NCBI GenBank assembly: GCA_964247055.1
Contig: OZ176057.1
Span: 1,550,001 to 1,614,000 of the forward strand
Source: Paragordius varius
Lineage: Eukaryota; Animalia; Nematomorpha
Reading direction: 5' to 3'
DNA: 64,000 bases
The position numbers and the translations under genes were made by a program. Positions 25,261 to 39,200 of this stretch are shown here, in pieces; the first letter of the stretch is position 1; each line of letters opens with the position of its first letter. The notes beneath the pieces were generated by a model. That model saw nothing but the letters and a program-made list of their open reading frames with translations. It searched no databases and was not told the origin of the DNA.

Positions 25261-26023
25261 ATGTGTGAATTATTTTTTTCTAATTCTATGAAAGAACAAA
25301 TCGATTCATTATATAATGATAATCCACCACATTACAAATCACAAAATTATTCATTCAACAATTCAAATTTCAATACTCATACTAAAATAAATGAAAAAAA
25401 GAGCCTTGATATCCGAGCTCATCGCATTCCTCTCAACGTGGAAAAAAATATAAATAAAAATATAGGAGAAGAACGTAAAATAATCGATATAAATTTAACA
25501 CCGGTGGTGAATTATGATACTAAAGTGAGTTTAAATAATCTAAGCACTAAACAGAAAATTAAAAATGGTTTAAATTTAATAAACAACACCGCATATTTTA
25601 CCAATGATAATTATAATTCAAACGCCAGCAATAATAATTGTAATGTTCCAGTTATTTTTACATATGAAAGGACAACAAAAAATCTAATTTTGCATTCTAG
25701 AACCATCAATCCTAAATCCGAGATCTTCTCAAAAGAAATCGCTAAAAATCCCATAAATACACCGCCAATGTACAATTCATACAATAGGGCAGACGATAGT
25801 TTAGCTAGGGAAAGTAGTTTAGATAGTAACAATACTGGAACATTAAAATCATCAGCTGATCTACGAGATATGCGCCCCCACAATCAATCAACGAGCTCTG
25901 TTAATAATAATAAAAATGGAATTGAAAAGACAAATTCTAAAATGTCGTCTGCAAACCAAACGTCTTCCGCCCCAGTTGTCGCCATTTCGCCAAATTATCA
26001 TTTACATCATAGACAAAGAGCTG
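25261..26023 (+). CDS. SGCD: Sarcoglycan exon 1 (254-aa Asn/Ser-rich cytoplasmic extension)
   Basis: Long open frame, phase-1 donor GTAATT matches phase of exon 2 (RA-G-IYGW). Confidence 0.7.
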
Positions 26024-29000
26024 GTAATTATAAATTTTATTTTAGAATTATCTAGATTTTTCATTTTTTTAGATTTATGTTTTAAACGTCAAATATTTGA
26101 AATTTTCACCATTTTTTATATTATACTTAAATGGCTTTTTATATGGTGATAATTACCATTCTGAAAAATTGGTTTTTTTCTTAGTAAACAGATGACTAAT
26201 TCCGAAATATATATTAATTATTCAATCCTTTATAAAATATTCAATTCAAACATAAGTTTTATAGTAAGTTCAATTTAACTGCTAATGAATGCGGACACTC
26301 ATAGACCAGTCCATTTCTGCCTTAACACTTCATTATCTTTTGGGGTAGTTTTTTCAGAGCAATTTAAAATTGGATTATCTCAAAAAGTATTTAAGGTAAG
26401 GTATTAAGCCGAATTTAAAAATATGGTTAAAAAAATTTTTTTTTAAAAAATGTTAAATTGTAAAAAATTCTTATTTTATACTTTTTTCAATTTCTTTTAA
26501 ATCGTTACAACAGTCAAATAATGTATATTATATTCAGAAAATGTAAATTAACTTTAAAATATATTTCAGCAAAAAACTTGAAATATTTGATTGCAATAAC
26601 AGCTGATTGTTCGATCGTTGAAGCTATTTTAATTTTTTAGACTCTAGATATGTCACAAAACTGTAAATATATAAACTTATTTATCTAAAAATATAACAAT
26701 GCATAATAATAATTTAATATGATCTAAAATAACTTCCGACATAAACAAATTTTAGCTCTTTGATATAAAACTACCCCAAAAGGTAATGAAGTGTTTGATA
26801 ATAATAACTAAATCATGAACAAAAAAGTATATCATTTATAATTCAAATTCACCCTAAAAATAAATTATGTGTTTTCGGGCTAATATGCACATAAGTACAG
26901 ACACAAAATTGATTGGGATATCACTTTGAGATTTTAGTAAATAAAAAATAAAATGACACCAAAAAAATAATAAAGATAAATTAATAAATTGACAAAAATA
27001 AATCAATCATATCAACCCAATAACGGAATTTTTTTATAAATAGACATAGATCTTTATTTTTATAAAATATCTCATCATAATTTTAATTTTCTTTTTTTGT
27101 TAAACACCGAAGAAGTTAGAGGAATCTAACGAAAACATCATTAATAAATTTATTATTAATTTTGCTGATATTGCATCATATTATTCTATAACTCATCATT
27201 AATGTGAAATATATTTTCACAACATAATTTATTATTTTTTCAATTTAAACTGAATTTTATATTTTAAAAATAATATAAAATAAATGTAATTAATCCTAAA
27301 AACACATCATTTATTTTAGGGTGAATTTGAATTGTTCAAGGGTGAATTTGAATAAATGGTATATTTTAGATGTCTACAAAGTATAAAAGTTTTAAATGAT
27401 CTACATTTTTAAACTGAATTAAAGTGTTTTTGCCGCATTACAGTCATGAATTATTTTATCAAAAATGTATATTTTTTCTTAAATAATTATAAATATTTGG
27501 TAAAGAATAGAAAAAACAAGAGCTCTATGGTAATTCTTATACCTTTTTGATGAATATGATATTGTTAATACCATAGAGCTCTTGTTTTTTCCATTCTTTA
27601 CCAAATATTTATAACGAAAGAAAATAATTTTTTGATAAAATAAAGGATACATGACTGCATATAAACAGAATGCATTCGAAACGGTGTTTAACACTTCGAT
27701 TCAAATTGGGATATCTAAATACCCCAGACTAAATTTGAGTTAGGATTTTTAAAAACTACTGAAGGGAACGGTCTCAATTTAAATTTATGCTTCTATCCTA
27801 ATAAAAATAATATAAATATGCCAAAATATCTAAATAAAATTTTGAAAAAAAGCTCCATGTCAAACTACTTCGACGCCATTTTTATTTTACAAAATTTTTG
27901 CTAAATATCGTCATCATTTAATTTTAAGAGTAAAATTGAAACTATTTTATATTTAAATTACATCTAACATTGATAGAAATAGAAAAAGCTGTTTATTTTG
28001 TATTATTTCAATTTTACCATTGCACGCATGTCCGTTGACTAAATTTTTACCTTTCGGTTTTAGCTTAAAATAAGTAATATCAAGTATTATTGAATAAAAT
28101 TTTTTATAAATTTCGGTTTATTAATGTTATTTAGGTGCAAGATTTTGCCATGGTTTCAATTCCTTCCATATTTTTTAAAGAATTTAATTTTAAACAGGCC
28201 TGGGGTATTTATTTAACTACCCCAATTTGAATCGAACGACTAAAATGTGTGTGTGTTGTATCCAAGTGTTAAAAATCATCAATAAAAATTAATAAATATA
28301 TTACAGTATGCATATCAATGGTTGCTTATTTTACCTTATTATAGTTGGGCAATGTGCAACACAACAGTAGTGTATGGAAAAAACAACAAAATGTTGAATA
28401 AACAATTTTTCCTTTCATTTTTCCATTGTTACGATTGCCCAACAATAGTGTTAAATAAGCAACCATCAAATTGCACACTGTAGTTTAAATTATTTTGATT
28501 TTTGGCCTGTAAAATTTAGACTACTTGTTACAGTAAAACTTGAAAATATACGGACAAAACGTAAAAATAAAAAGACAAATATTTTCTCTAAAATACAACT
28601 ATGCTTTTTAATTCTTTTTCCAAACTCCAAGAAAGTAGAAATATAAATGATAACACAATCAATTACATATTAAATGTTTTTAATATATGAATTAAGGTTT
28701 GAATTTGGTTGTCTTTTGAAAAAAATTGTCTTTATATTTTTAAGTTTTTTTCCGTATAATTTTAATTTTTAGTGTATCAATTTTTATCCTTGCCTTTCAA
28801 TATAATTATTCTGTGTTAAAAAGAAAAAAATGGCACACTAAACTCCTATATTACAATACAAAATAAAATTTCACAGGCCAAATAAAGTCATTTTTTTAAA
28901 TAGCCATACTTTTTATATGTTAAATTTTAAATTACACTCACCCATTTAAATATGTATATTGAAAACATTATTATCATTTGTATTATTGGAAAACCAAGTT

Positions 29001-32000
29001 TAATGTGTTCGTCTTTTGTAAAATATTTGTTTAGTTGTTACGTTTTGTATGTATAATTTCAATTTTGACTGTATTATAGGTTTTAAGCATCGTTTGATTG
29101 GAGGGGGGGGGGGGGGGCGTTAATGAAACACAATGCCTTATAAAAACTTTGTTTAACCCGTTTTTCTTTTGGTGTAATTATTTTATTCGACTAAAGCGCG
29201 ATTTTTTGATTTTGGCTCAGAGCAGAAAGGACTAAAGATTTTATACAGTTTTTTAAACTTTCATATATATCATATAATTTGGCTTTTACTTTATTTATTT
29301 TTTGTGCGTATACCGTGCAATATACAGTGGCATATGGGATAAAAAAAGTTTTTCCATAATTTTAATGTTAAATAAGCGACTAAAATAATTAATTGTTTGC
29401 TAAACGTGCTTTTTTAACATACATATCAAGGTTCATTTAACCAATAATATATCATGGTTTATTACTGTAAAAAGTTTTACTGTTTGTTCCAATATTAAAA
29501 GTACAATTACCTTAGTTTGTAATATTAATTTTCGCGTACGCACAAAACATAAAAGTTGTTTTTTGCATTTTTTTAAATTTAAACCATGTAATATGTAAAA
29601 AAAAGATCATTCCATTCACACAGTATAGTAAGTATAATCAGTTAATTCGAAACTAAATAAACAAAATTAATGTTAAAGGGGGAAAATCTTTAGTTTTAAC
29701 CATTTGGTGTTTTTTACCATATTCTACTGTATATCACTGTAACAAATAAAGTTTGTCCTTTTTGTGTTCATTATGAAAAATATTATTGATCATTTTGGAA
29801 TTCTTAAATGGTTAAAAGGGATTTTATATGTCTTAGTATGTATAAAATTTAGTTATATTTTTAAAAATTAGGGAGAAAAAGGCAGTGTTTAATTTAATAT
29901 GTAACCAATAAATGGAAAAGTCTTAAACATAGCAAAACACATGTAAATTAATTTCCTTTAGGCCATAAAACCGAAATGGTCAATAATAGCTCTCATTAAT
30001 GTCAAACGAAATTACTATTTTGGTAAAATAAGTGCATCATAAAGTTGGTTTATGGCTATCAGTAGTTGCAGATTAAGATTGTCACCACCTATATCAATTA
30101 AATTACATAATTTAAAGTTAACAATTTTGATACGAATCAGAGTATAAACCGTTTTTGTTTAATATTTTTTTGGACCCTTAATTTAAATAAAGACATATGT
30201 GTATTTTTAGGGGGGTAAAATTAATAAAATTTGTTTATGCTTGACGGGTTGGAAAAGTTTTTTTTATAAAATAAATGCCGTTAATAGTTTTATTATTGGT
30301 TATAGAGGTCTCTCTATTAATCAATGGACAAAAAAGTTTAAATCTAGGTGAGGGCAATTACATTATTTTTGTTTGTTCTGCTTTTATTGAAAAACAGTGC
30401 TTTTATTGGTTATAAAGGTTTCTTAATTGGTTAATAAAGAAAAAAATCGTAACACACCTATCTTTCCCTATATTGACAATTTAAAATATATAATAAGGCT
30501 TTTTGGATTATTATAAAGGCATCTTGTCAAGTAATATACAGTAGCGTTTTAACCTAGTTTGTCCATAATTAAATATGAGCACAACCAAACTTCAGAATTA
30601 AATTTATACGGACAAAACGTTAAATAAAGACAAATATTTTTTATTTAATTACGCCTGGAATATGTAAAATAGATTGTGTAACCAATATACATGTCTAATA
30701 CATACTTTCAAATTTAGAAATGAGCTATAAATATAAAAAATTAAGATTAAAAAGGTATGGTTGTCTTTTAGAAAAAAATATTTGTCTTTATATTTTTACG
30801 TTTTGTCCGTATAATTTCAATTTTTACCGTAATGTTATAAGATGCGGGAAAATGCGTTTAATTTTAACCATTTATCCTTTTTTATCATATGCTGCAGTTG
30901 TGGTTTAGGAAATAAAGAAATTATAGATTTTTTAAGTGGTTGGCAAACAAATTTGTAATAAGGCTTGTTTTTTATTTTTTATAAATGTAAAAATAAGCTT
31001 ACATATATGTAACAGTAGCATATGGAATCACACCACAAAATGGTTAAAATCATATACACAGAATTAATGGTAGAATATAGGAAAGAGTTGTTTAATTTCA
31101 ACTATTTATAGTTTTTTACCATACGCTACTGTGTCTGTGTATATTTAAGGTTTCATTCTTATTCTTTGCTTTTCCTTTTTTATTATATTGTTTATTTTTT
31201 AACAAAGAGCCTCTAAAAACAGAATATTAGCTTTTATTGTTGTAATTATTATTATTATTAGTATTGACAGTTATTGGCTTTTTCTACTTTTCAAATTATA
31301 TATATTTTAAGAAATTCTTGAATTTACCAAAAATTATGAATCACACCATTAATTCGTAACTAAATCAATGTTAAATGAAGGTATCATTTTTCCTTTTTAT
31401 ACATGAATATCGGTCTGACTTTTGTTTTTTAAAATTAATCGACATATTTAGTTGGATTTTTGAGTTTTAAAAAAAGTTTATAGCTATAAATATATATTAA
31501 AAATAATTCCAATATATACCATTTCTAATTCAAATTCACCCTCACACAATTCAAATTCACCTTGTAACAATTCAAATTCTACATTATGCGTTTTCGAACT
31601 ATTATTTTTTCAGTATTATTTTAATTTAAAACAAAATTTTATTTTTAAAAAATATAGTTAATTTTAAATCTTAAAAAACATATAATTTATTTGAGGGTGA
31701 ATTTGAATTGTAAATGGTATATAAAGATTAGTTCAAAATTTAAATAATGTTATTTTTAAAATCTTTACTATGATAGGTTTATAAAATTAGATATTTTACG
31801 AATTTAAATTTAAACAACCAAGAAAAGTTTTACAATTTATTAAATGTGAAATAAAGAATTGCTATATACATTTTGTGCTGATTATTTTAAGTTTTTTTTT
31901 TCCAATATAAAAATAAGGTAGGTATATTTTATTTGGTATTTAAATCTTTTTCGATAACTGTGAATTTCACATTTATATGTAAATTAGTTTTAAATGACAT

Positions 32001-33167
32001 TTATAATTTTTATTTTATTTTTTAAAAAAAACCAAATAGGTATTTATGGTTGGAGAAAACGGTGCCTATATTTTTGGATTTTGCTTCTCACAACGTTAGC
32101 CTTGTTAAATTTAGCTCTAACAGCTTGGCTTATGCGACTCCTTAGATTCCATTGGGTTATAACATTTCTTTTACATATTTTTGATTTTTTTTCAAAATAT
32201 TTTTTGAATATTTTATATATATAGTAAAGAGGCATACATTATAAGAATATATATAAAACAAAAATTATTATATTGGTGTATCGTTAAATCCCATTGTCTT
32301 TAATGTTTTCCAAATGTGATTTATTAATATTTAAGAGGGTTTAAAAGTTAAAAAAAGTTATTTTGTTTAAAAAAACCTCTACTAACTTGTCTTTTTATAA
32401 TTTATTATCATTTTATTAAAAATTATAATATAAATTCTTGTAAAAAAAGTTATTTAACAAAGTGTTTCTATTTTCCATGGTTCTATCTTATGGATGAGAA
32501 TTACCTAAAACAAAAGAAATGATATTGATAAAATTGATATAAACCAAATATTAAAGATACTTATAAACTCTTTCCAACAAAGTTTCGGACAAAACGTAAA
32601 AACAAAAATTTTTCAAAAAATCTATAGTAATCGGCAAGTTCATCAATATGACTTTTAATTTTTGTCTCTTATCACTAAGAACATGTTTAAAGAAATTATA
32701 CTTTTTAAAACCTTAAATCATCCATCCTTTAAAAATCATAAATTAATTCCAATCGTAAAATACATAATTGATTGTGTTAATAAGTCGCATTTTTATTTTA
32801 TACTTTGCGGTTTAAAACATTCAGTTATATTTAAAAAAATAAAGAAAAACGTATCGCATTGTTTTTTTCAAAAATATGTCTTTACATTTTTACGTTGTGT
32901 CCGTATTCATTTACTGTAAGAAATTAATAATTTTTCTAATTTACATTATATAGCGAGGTATGGGTAATATACGATTTACTCCAACTCAAACTTTTTTGAA
33001 TGGTCAAACCATCTTTCAAAAACCAATTCATATAGCAAATATTGAATCACCACAGGTAACATAAGAATAATTTTATAGATGGTATCAAAATATTTTGCTA
33101 AGTAAAAGCAAATATTTACTATTTTTTTATCCATAAAATAAAGTTATTATTTGAAATTCCACTTGAC

Positions 33168-33218
<51 letters not shown>

Positions 33219-36200
33219 TATTGATTTTTGTATCAGGGAGTTTTTTCATAACAGGTCATAAAATGCATGAAAAAAATGTTTTTTTTGATATTTTTAACAT
33301 TTTTTACATTTAAATTTTTTTGGCGGTTGGTTTTTTCATAAACACATAATTTTTTTAATAAATTATTTTATTTTTAAAACTAGAATGGAAATCTTAATTT
33401 AAAAGCCGATCGAAATATAATACTTAATGCCATGCGATCTGACAATACGACAGCAAACACTTTGTCCTTGGGTTAGTTAGTATTTTCGAAATTTTAATAT
33501 TTTGAATTTTATTTAATATGCGATTTATTAGAGATTTTATTGTATTTTTATATACATGGACGGTGAATAATGAAAAGATAATTTGGTTTAAAACTTTGAG
33601 TCGAATTTCAAATATTTTAAATAAGCTCTTGGATCAGTGGGCCTCATTGTTTGCAGTTTCGAATTATTTAAGGCAATTTCCTATCATTCACTCTTGTAAT
33701 ATGAAAAAAATTTTATGTGTAAATCTTTTCTTTCCAGTGATAGGGGCATGGTAATGGTATATGGGTATTACAGTTATGTATACTTTATTTTGTAAAAAAT
33801 TTACTTTTTTTTTCGTTAAATGGTTGTAAATATTTGGTAAAGAATGGTAAAACAAGAGCTCTATGGTATTAACCATATCTATTCATTAAAAAAGTAAACG
33901 AAGTGTGGGGGAAGGGCGTCGTAAATCTTTGGTAAAAAATAAAAAATTTAAGATATTGGGTAATATTTTTGTTAATTTTTTAGCAAAATTTTATATTAAT
34001 TTTTTTTTCGATAAAATTTTTATTTTAAACAAAACAACTAAACCACGTAAATATTAATTTTTATATATAGGTAAAAAAATATTTTTTAAAATTTCATTTA
34101 TATATATATATATAGCGTTCATTAAAAAATATTATCGAACTGAATGCGTTTCATCCTAAAATGCTCTATTTGGGGAATTTAAAATACAACCATATGAATA
34201 TACCAGTTTATCACTATTTAACCCTATTGAATGTTTTTTTTCTAATATAATTGTTTTAAAAAAAGCAAGATATATCTGGAAATTATTTTCATATCGTACT
34301 GTGCGATCAAAGAAAAACGAAATCGTCTCTTATACTTACAATAAATGATGGTTAAAATTGTTTTCATTCTTAGTTTAAAGCAACATCCATTAAAACTCTT
34401 TTTGAAAAATCATAATAATTTTGAAGAGATTTTGTTTTTCTTTCGTAAGCACAATCTTTTGATTCTGCAATATTGTTCCCAGAATGTAGTGCATCTTGGT
34501 TTTTTTTTCATAATAAAATTTTAATTCGTGAAAAAAAAAACATTAAATAGGATTGAGTTGGGGCGAATAAGGTGGTAATTATATAAGCTTGTTTCTTAAA
34601 TTACCCAAAATGGAACATTTATGAATGGGTGCGTTGTCGCAAATGACAAACGCATCTTGTAGTACCATGGCCAAAGACTCCTCCAAAAATGCCTTAACAG
34701 TCTCGCCATTGAAGGCTTTCTGTTTGATACTATAATTAACAACACCCTATATGCAAATCATATACAACATAGAGACGTTTTTACCCATAATTAAATAAAG
34801 GTCCCTGTCCGGACGGTGCCCGAAACCGAATATATTTTTGCTATCAATGAAAACCCAGACTCATGTAAATAATAGATTCTGTCCAAGAGTATACCGTTTA
34901 CAAGACAAGCATACTAAAATCGTTTCTGAATAACCAGCGAGGAATTGCGGTGTTGAGGTTCCATAATACACCTTTTGCGCGTGTAGTTTATTATTTTAAA
35001 TATTTTATATAAAGTTTTTTTTGGATATTTTGCATACTGTTGGTAATTTATTGAGAATCGCTACGACAGTCAATTTACAATCATTATTGAGGATTGTTTT
35101 GACCTGCTTGACTATACCTTTCATGCATTTCGTTTTCCTACCCTTTTTTCAATGGGTCTTTCTCTATTTCCATGGTAATGCTTTGTCTCATAGCATTTAT
35201 GGAACTTATAGACATGTCTAAATCATCTACAAAAGGACGAGACGAAAATTTATTATGATTTCTAGAATTCGCGAAAATTTTGTAGGCCTTAGCCTTTTTT
35301 ATCTGTCCAAAAATGATATTCTAAAATAAACAAAAACGGTGCTTTTCCTTTTTCCTCTATTAACGGATTTGTCATATTTTTATTCTCGATTTTTAACACC
35401 TAAAGTCTAAATAAAAAAACTATCGTTGCCAGGCACAATACAATATTGTGGCTCTCTTATACCAGCGTCAACATATTCTAAATCTAACATTATAAAGGAA
35501 AAAAATACCCGCAATACCAGGGTCACATCCTAACGAAATCGTATCAAATTGATTATTTAATATATAGCATCTATCGCGAATATCCCTTTTATAATCGTTC
35601 CCATATCAAAACAAAAAAATTATAATTGAGATAAAAATTACGATCCTATAAAAACTTTAAGTGAAGGGTTAGTTGTTATTGTATTTTCATTTTTTACCAA
35701 AGATTTCCGACGCCCTTCACCCACACTTCTTTTACTTTTGTAGTGAATATTATATTGTTAATACCATAGAGCTCTTGTTTTTCCATTCTTTACCATATTG
35801 TACCCATTTAACGAAAAAAAGTAAATTTTTGATAAAATAAAGTGTACTTGACCGTAAGAAGCACTTAAATCAGTGGGCTTCATTGCTTGCACATTCGTAT
35901 TATTTAAGGCAATCTTCTATCATTCGCCCTTGTAATATGAAAAAATATATTTCCAGCAGGACTTGGAACCGGGACCGAGTCGGTTCCTGAACAAGTGGAA
36001 CCGGCGTGTTGGTTCTTAAGCATTTAAATAGAACCGGGCGGTTCCTGAAATTTTGGAACCGGAACCGCCTTGGTACCTTAAAAACTTAGCGGCGGAACCG
36101 GTTTTTTACATTTAAAACCGGTTCCATTTTCGGTTCCTGACTTTTAATTATACGATTTAAAAATATATACCATTTACACTTCAAGAGTGTCCTTGAACAA

Positions 36201-39200
36201 TTCAAGTTGGTCCTTGAACAATTCAAGTTGATCCTTGAACAGTTCAAATTGGTCCTTGAACAATTCAATTTGGTCCTTGAACAATTCAAGTTGGTCCTTG
36301 AACAATTCAAGTTGGTCCTTGAATTTGTAACTATGCCAAAAACTCTAAACCATTTAAATTAAATATTTTTTATATATTTTATTAAATTTTAGGTTATTAT
36401 CGTTATTTGCAATAGTAATTTTGATTATCCTAATTTAATTTTTAATAATTATGAACCTATTTAGTGTAAAATAATCAGAAATATTTGAAATAACCATCAT
36501 TTATTTAATTTTTCATAAAATATATTTATTGTATATTATAGAATAATCACAAATATAAATATATATATGATTATGAGTGTGTATAAGGATTTCCTGATGC
36601 TGCATTGATTAGATTTTTAGTTATTTTTTAATTTTAAAATTAAGCTTAAATACGTATAAATAATAAATACAACGAACTCTGATGTATTGAGGTAATTGAA
36701 CTAAATACAAACATCAAAATATTCGTATTAGAAAAAATCACCTTTTGCAATATTATAAAAGGGCAGAGATTATGATAGGTGAGATCGATTGTGTTATACA
36801 ATGGAATAATATTAAATTAATTTATTATATAATTCTAAAAAAGGACAGCACTAGACCATCGTCCCTATTGAATGATGCATTGTGTTTTTTAATTTCTATG
36901 ATTCGCGTATAAGACGCTTGTTATCATGTTATATTTTGTTGTTATGACCTTGATGTCGGCTATGTAGCGTTTTACATTGACAAACGTCTTCATAGAGACC
37001 CGAATCGGGTATTGTTAATTGGATGTATCCAGAATGTTCTCGTAAAAGAACGTTTTCATCTCCTTTTCCGCTATAGAGACAGTTACTGGATATCGCTAGC
37101 TAAAACCATTATATTTATTTTATAAATTTAACTTACATATTTGACATGAAATATCACACCTTATAAGTTGATTTAAACAGACGATAGTTTTCATGTATTT
37201 TAAAAAAATCGTCTATTTAACTAATATTTATATTTATTCCAAAAAATAAAATGATTATTATTTTATTTTATATTTTAGATTCTAGGAAGTATTCTAAATT
37301 ATCTGATCAAGATAAAAACGACTTATAAAGAGTGTTATTATAGCGGGTGAAAGTATAATAAATATGGCACGCTCTCTAGATATTAAATAACGTATCATTA
37401 GTAAATACAAACAAAATATAAATGAAAACACAAATCATGGAGGAAAAGATATAAAAAGGTTGATGATAGTATTGTTGCCCTTATTGAAGGCCAAATTACC
37501 ATAAATCCACTCATAACACTAAAATCACTAAATTGTTTTTAGTTGAAAAAAATATCCGCCTTTCTAATGCAACTATTAATAATGTTATCACAAAGCTTGG
37601 CATTACGATCAAACAAACTCATATTGAAATTGATAAGGTTAACGATCCTTTAAGTTTAATTAAACGAAAAGAATACGCCCTTTGGTTTAATGAAACCTTT
37701 GGCTGCGACTATTCCAAAATAGTGTTCATAGATGAGTCAGGATTCCATAACCATTTAAGAAGAAACTATGGAAGGTCTAAGAAGGGAACCAGAGCGATTG
37801 CAAAGTTGCCAAACGTTAAAGGAAGAAACGTTACTTTGATAGCAGCTCTAGGTTCGGCTGGAATAGTGTACTCACATATAGAGTCGGAAAGAAATGTTAA
37901 TGCTAATATTTTTGCAAATTTTTTTCAGAATCTCTGTATACATCTCAACTCATCTAATTTGGAAGATATTCATTTTATTTTGGATAACGCAAAAATTCAT
38001 AATAGAAATTCATTAAATAATATTGCCGCCATTTATTCCTATAAAATTTCATTTCTATCTCCATACAGCTTTATGCTAAATCCTATTGAAAATGCATTTT
38101 CCAAAATCATAAATTATGTTTGCAGCATGTTATCAAGGGACGTGGACATATCACTGTTCGAGTTAATTTTAGAAGCCTCTAAAGCTATCACAGAATCTGA
38201 TGTGATAGGATATACAAAATTGTTAATTAAGAATCTAATTAATGCAGCATCTGGAAATCCTTATACTCATAAATAATCATATATTTATATTTGTGATTAT
38301 TTAATATACAATAAATATATTTTATGAAAAATTAAATAAATGATGGTTATTTCAAATATTTTTGATTATTTTATACTAAATAGGTTCATAAGTTATAAAA
38401 ATTAAATTATGATAATCAAAATTACTATTGCAAATAACAATAATAACCTAAAATTTAATAAAAAATAAAAAAAATATTTAATTTAAATGGTTTAGAGTTT
38501 TTGGCATAGTTACAAATTCAAGGACCAACTTGAATTGTTCAAGGACCAACTTGAATTGTTCAAGGACCAACTTGAAATGTTCAAGGACCAGCTTGAATTG
38601 TTCAAGGACCAATTTGAATTGTTCAAGGACCAACTTGAATTGTTCAAGGACCAACTTGAACTGTTCAAGGACCAACTTGAATTGTTCAAGGACCAACTTG
38701 AATTGTTCAAGGACACTCTTGAAGTGTAAATGGTTTATTATAATAATGCAACCAAAATTAAATCAAACAATCTATTATAAATTGCCAAATGTATAGTGAA
38801 AGAAATATAGTTTAGCATAAAAAATGAAGTACAAAGGTAAAAATGAGAGCTAAATTAAGTATGGCATCTAAAAAAAACTTTATTTAACTAAAAATTTCAA
38901 CCAAGCAATTTGCTGGTCACCTGCTTCTCAAGTCTGAAAATAAAATAAGGGTGAACAATTCCTTGCTATATACAAAAATATGTATTATAAATAGGCTTGA
39001 ATTATGACTCAGTTTTTTACAAGAGCTGAATCGTCCATAATTCAGAGAGTATGGCTAATATTAGCCGCTTAGTTTTGGGTTTGAAGTATGTTGTAATGTG
39101 TAGTGGTATACGCAATCAAATTTAAATAGTAAAATAAAATTTTTATTATCAAAATCACATGGGAACCAGTAATTAAGGGGGTGGAACCGAGTTCCATCCC

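Noticed and set aside
29101-29117. G homopolymer run
   Set aside because: Isolated low-complexity tract with uncertain length; no supporting context.
38478-38796. Four overlapping repetitive ORFs (VLEQFKL, NCSRTNL etc.), also 36086-36310 and 44916-45266
   Set aside because: Artefacts of stop-free 21-bp arrays in transposon arms and MITE-A.
39047-39079. Alternative sarcoglycan exon 4 candidate (SMANISRLVLG)
   Set aside because: In-frame stop just upstream, too short, inside the hAT element; 33384-33471 fits the family alignment far better.
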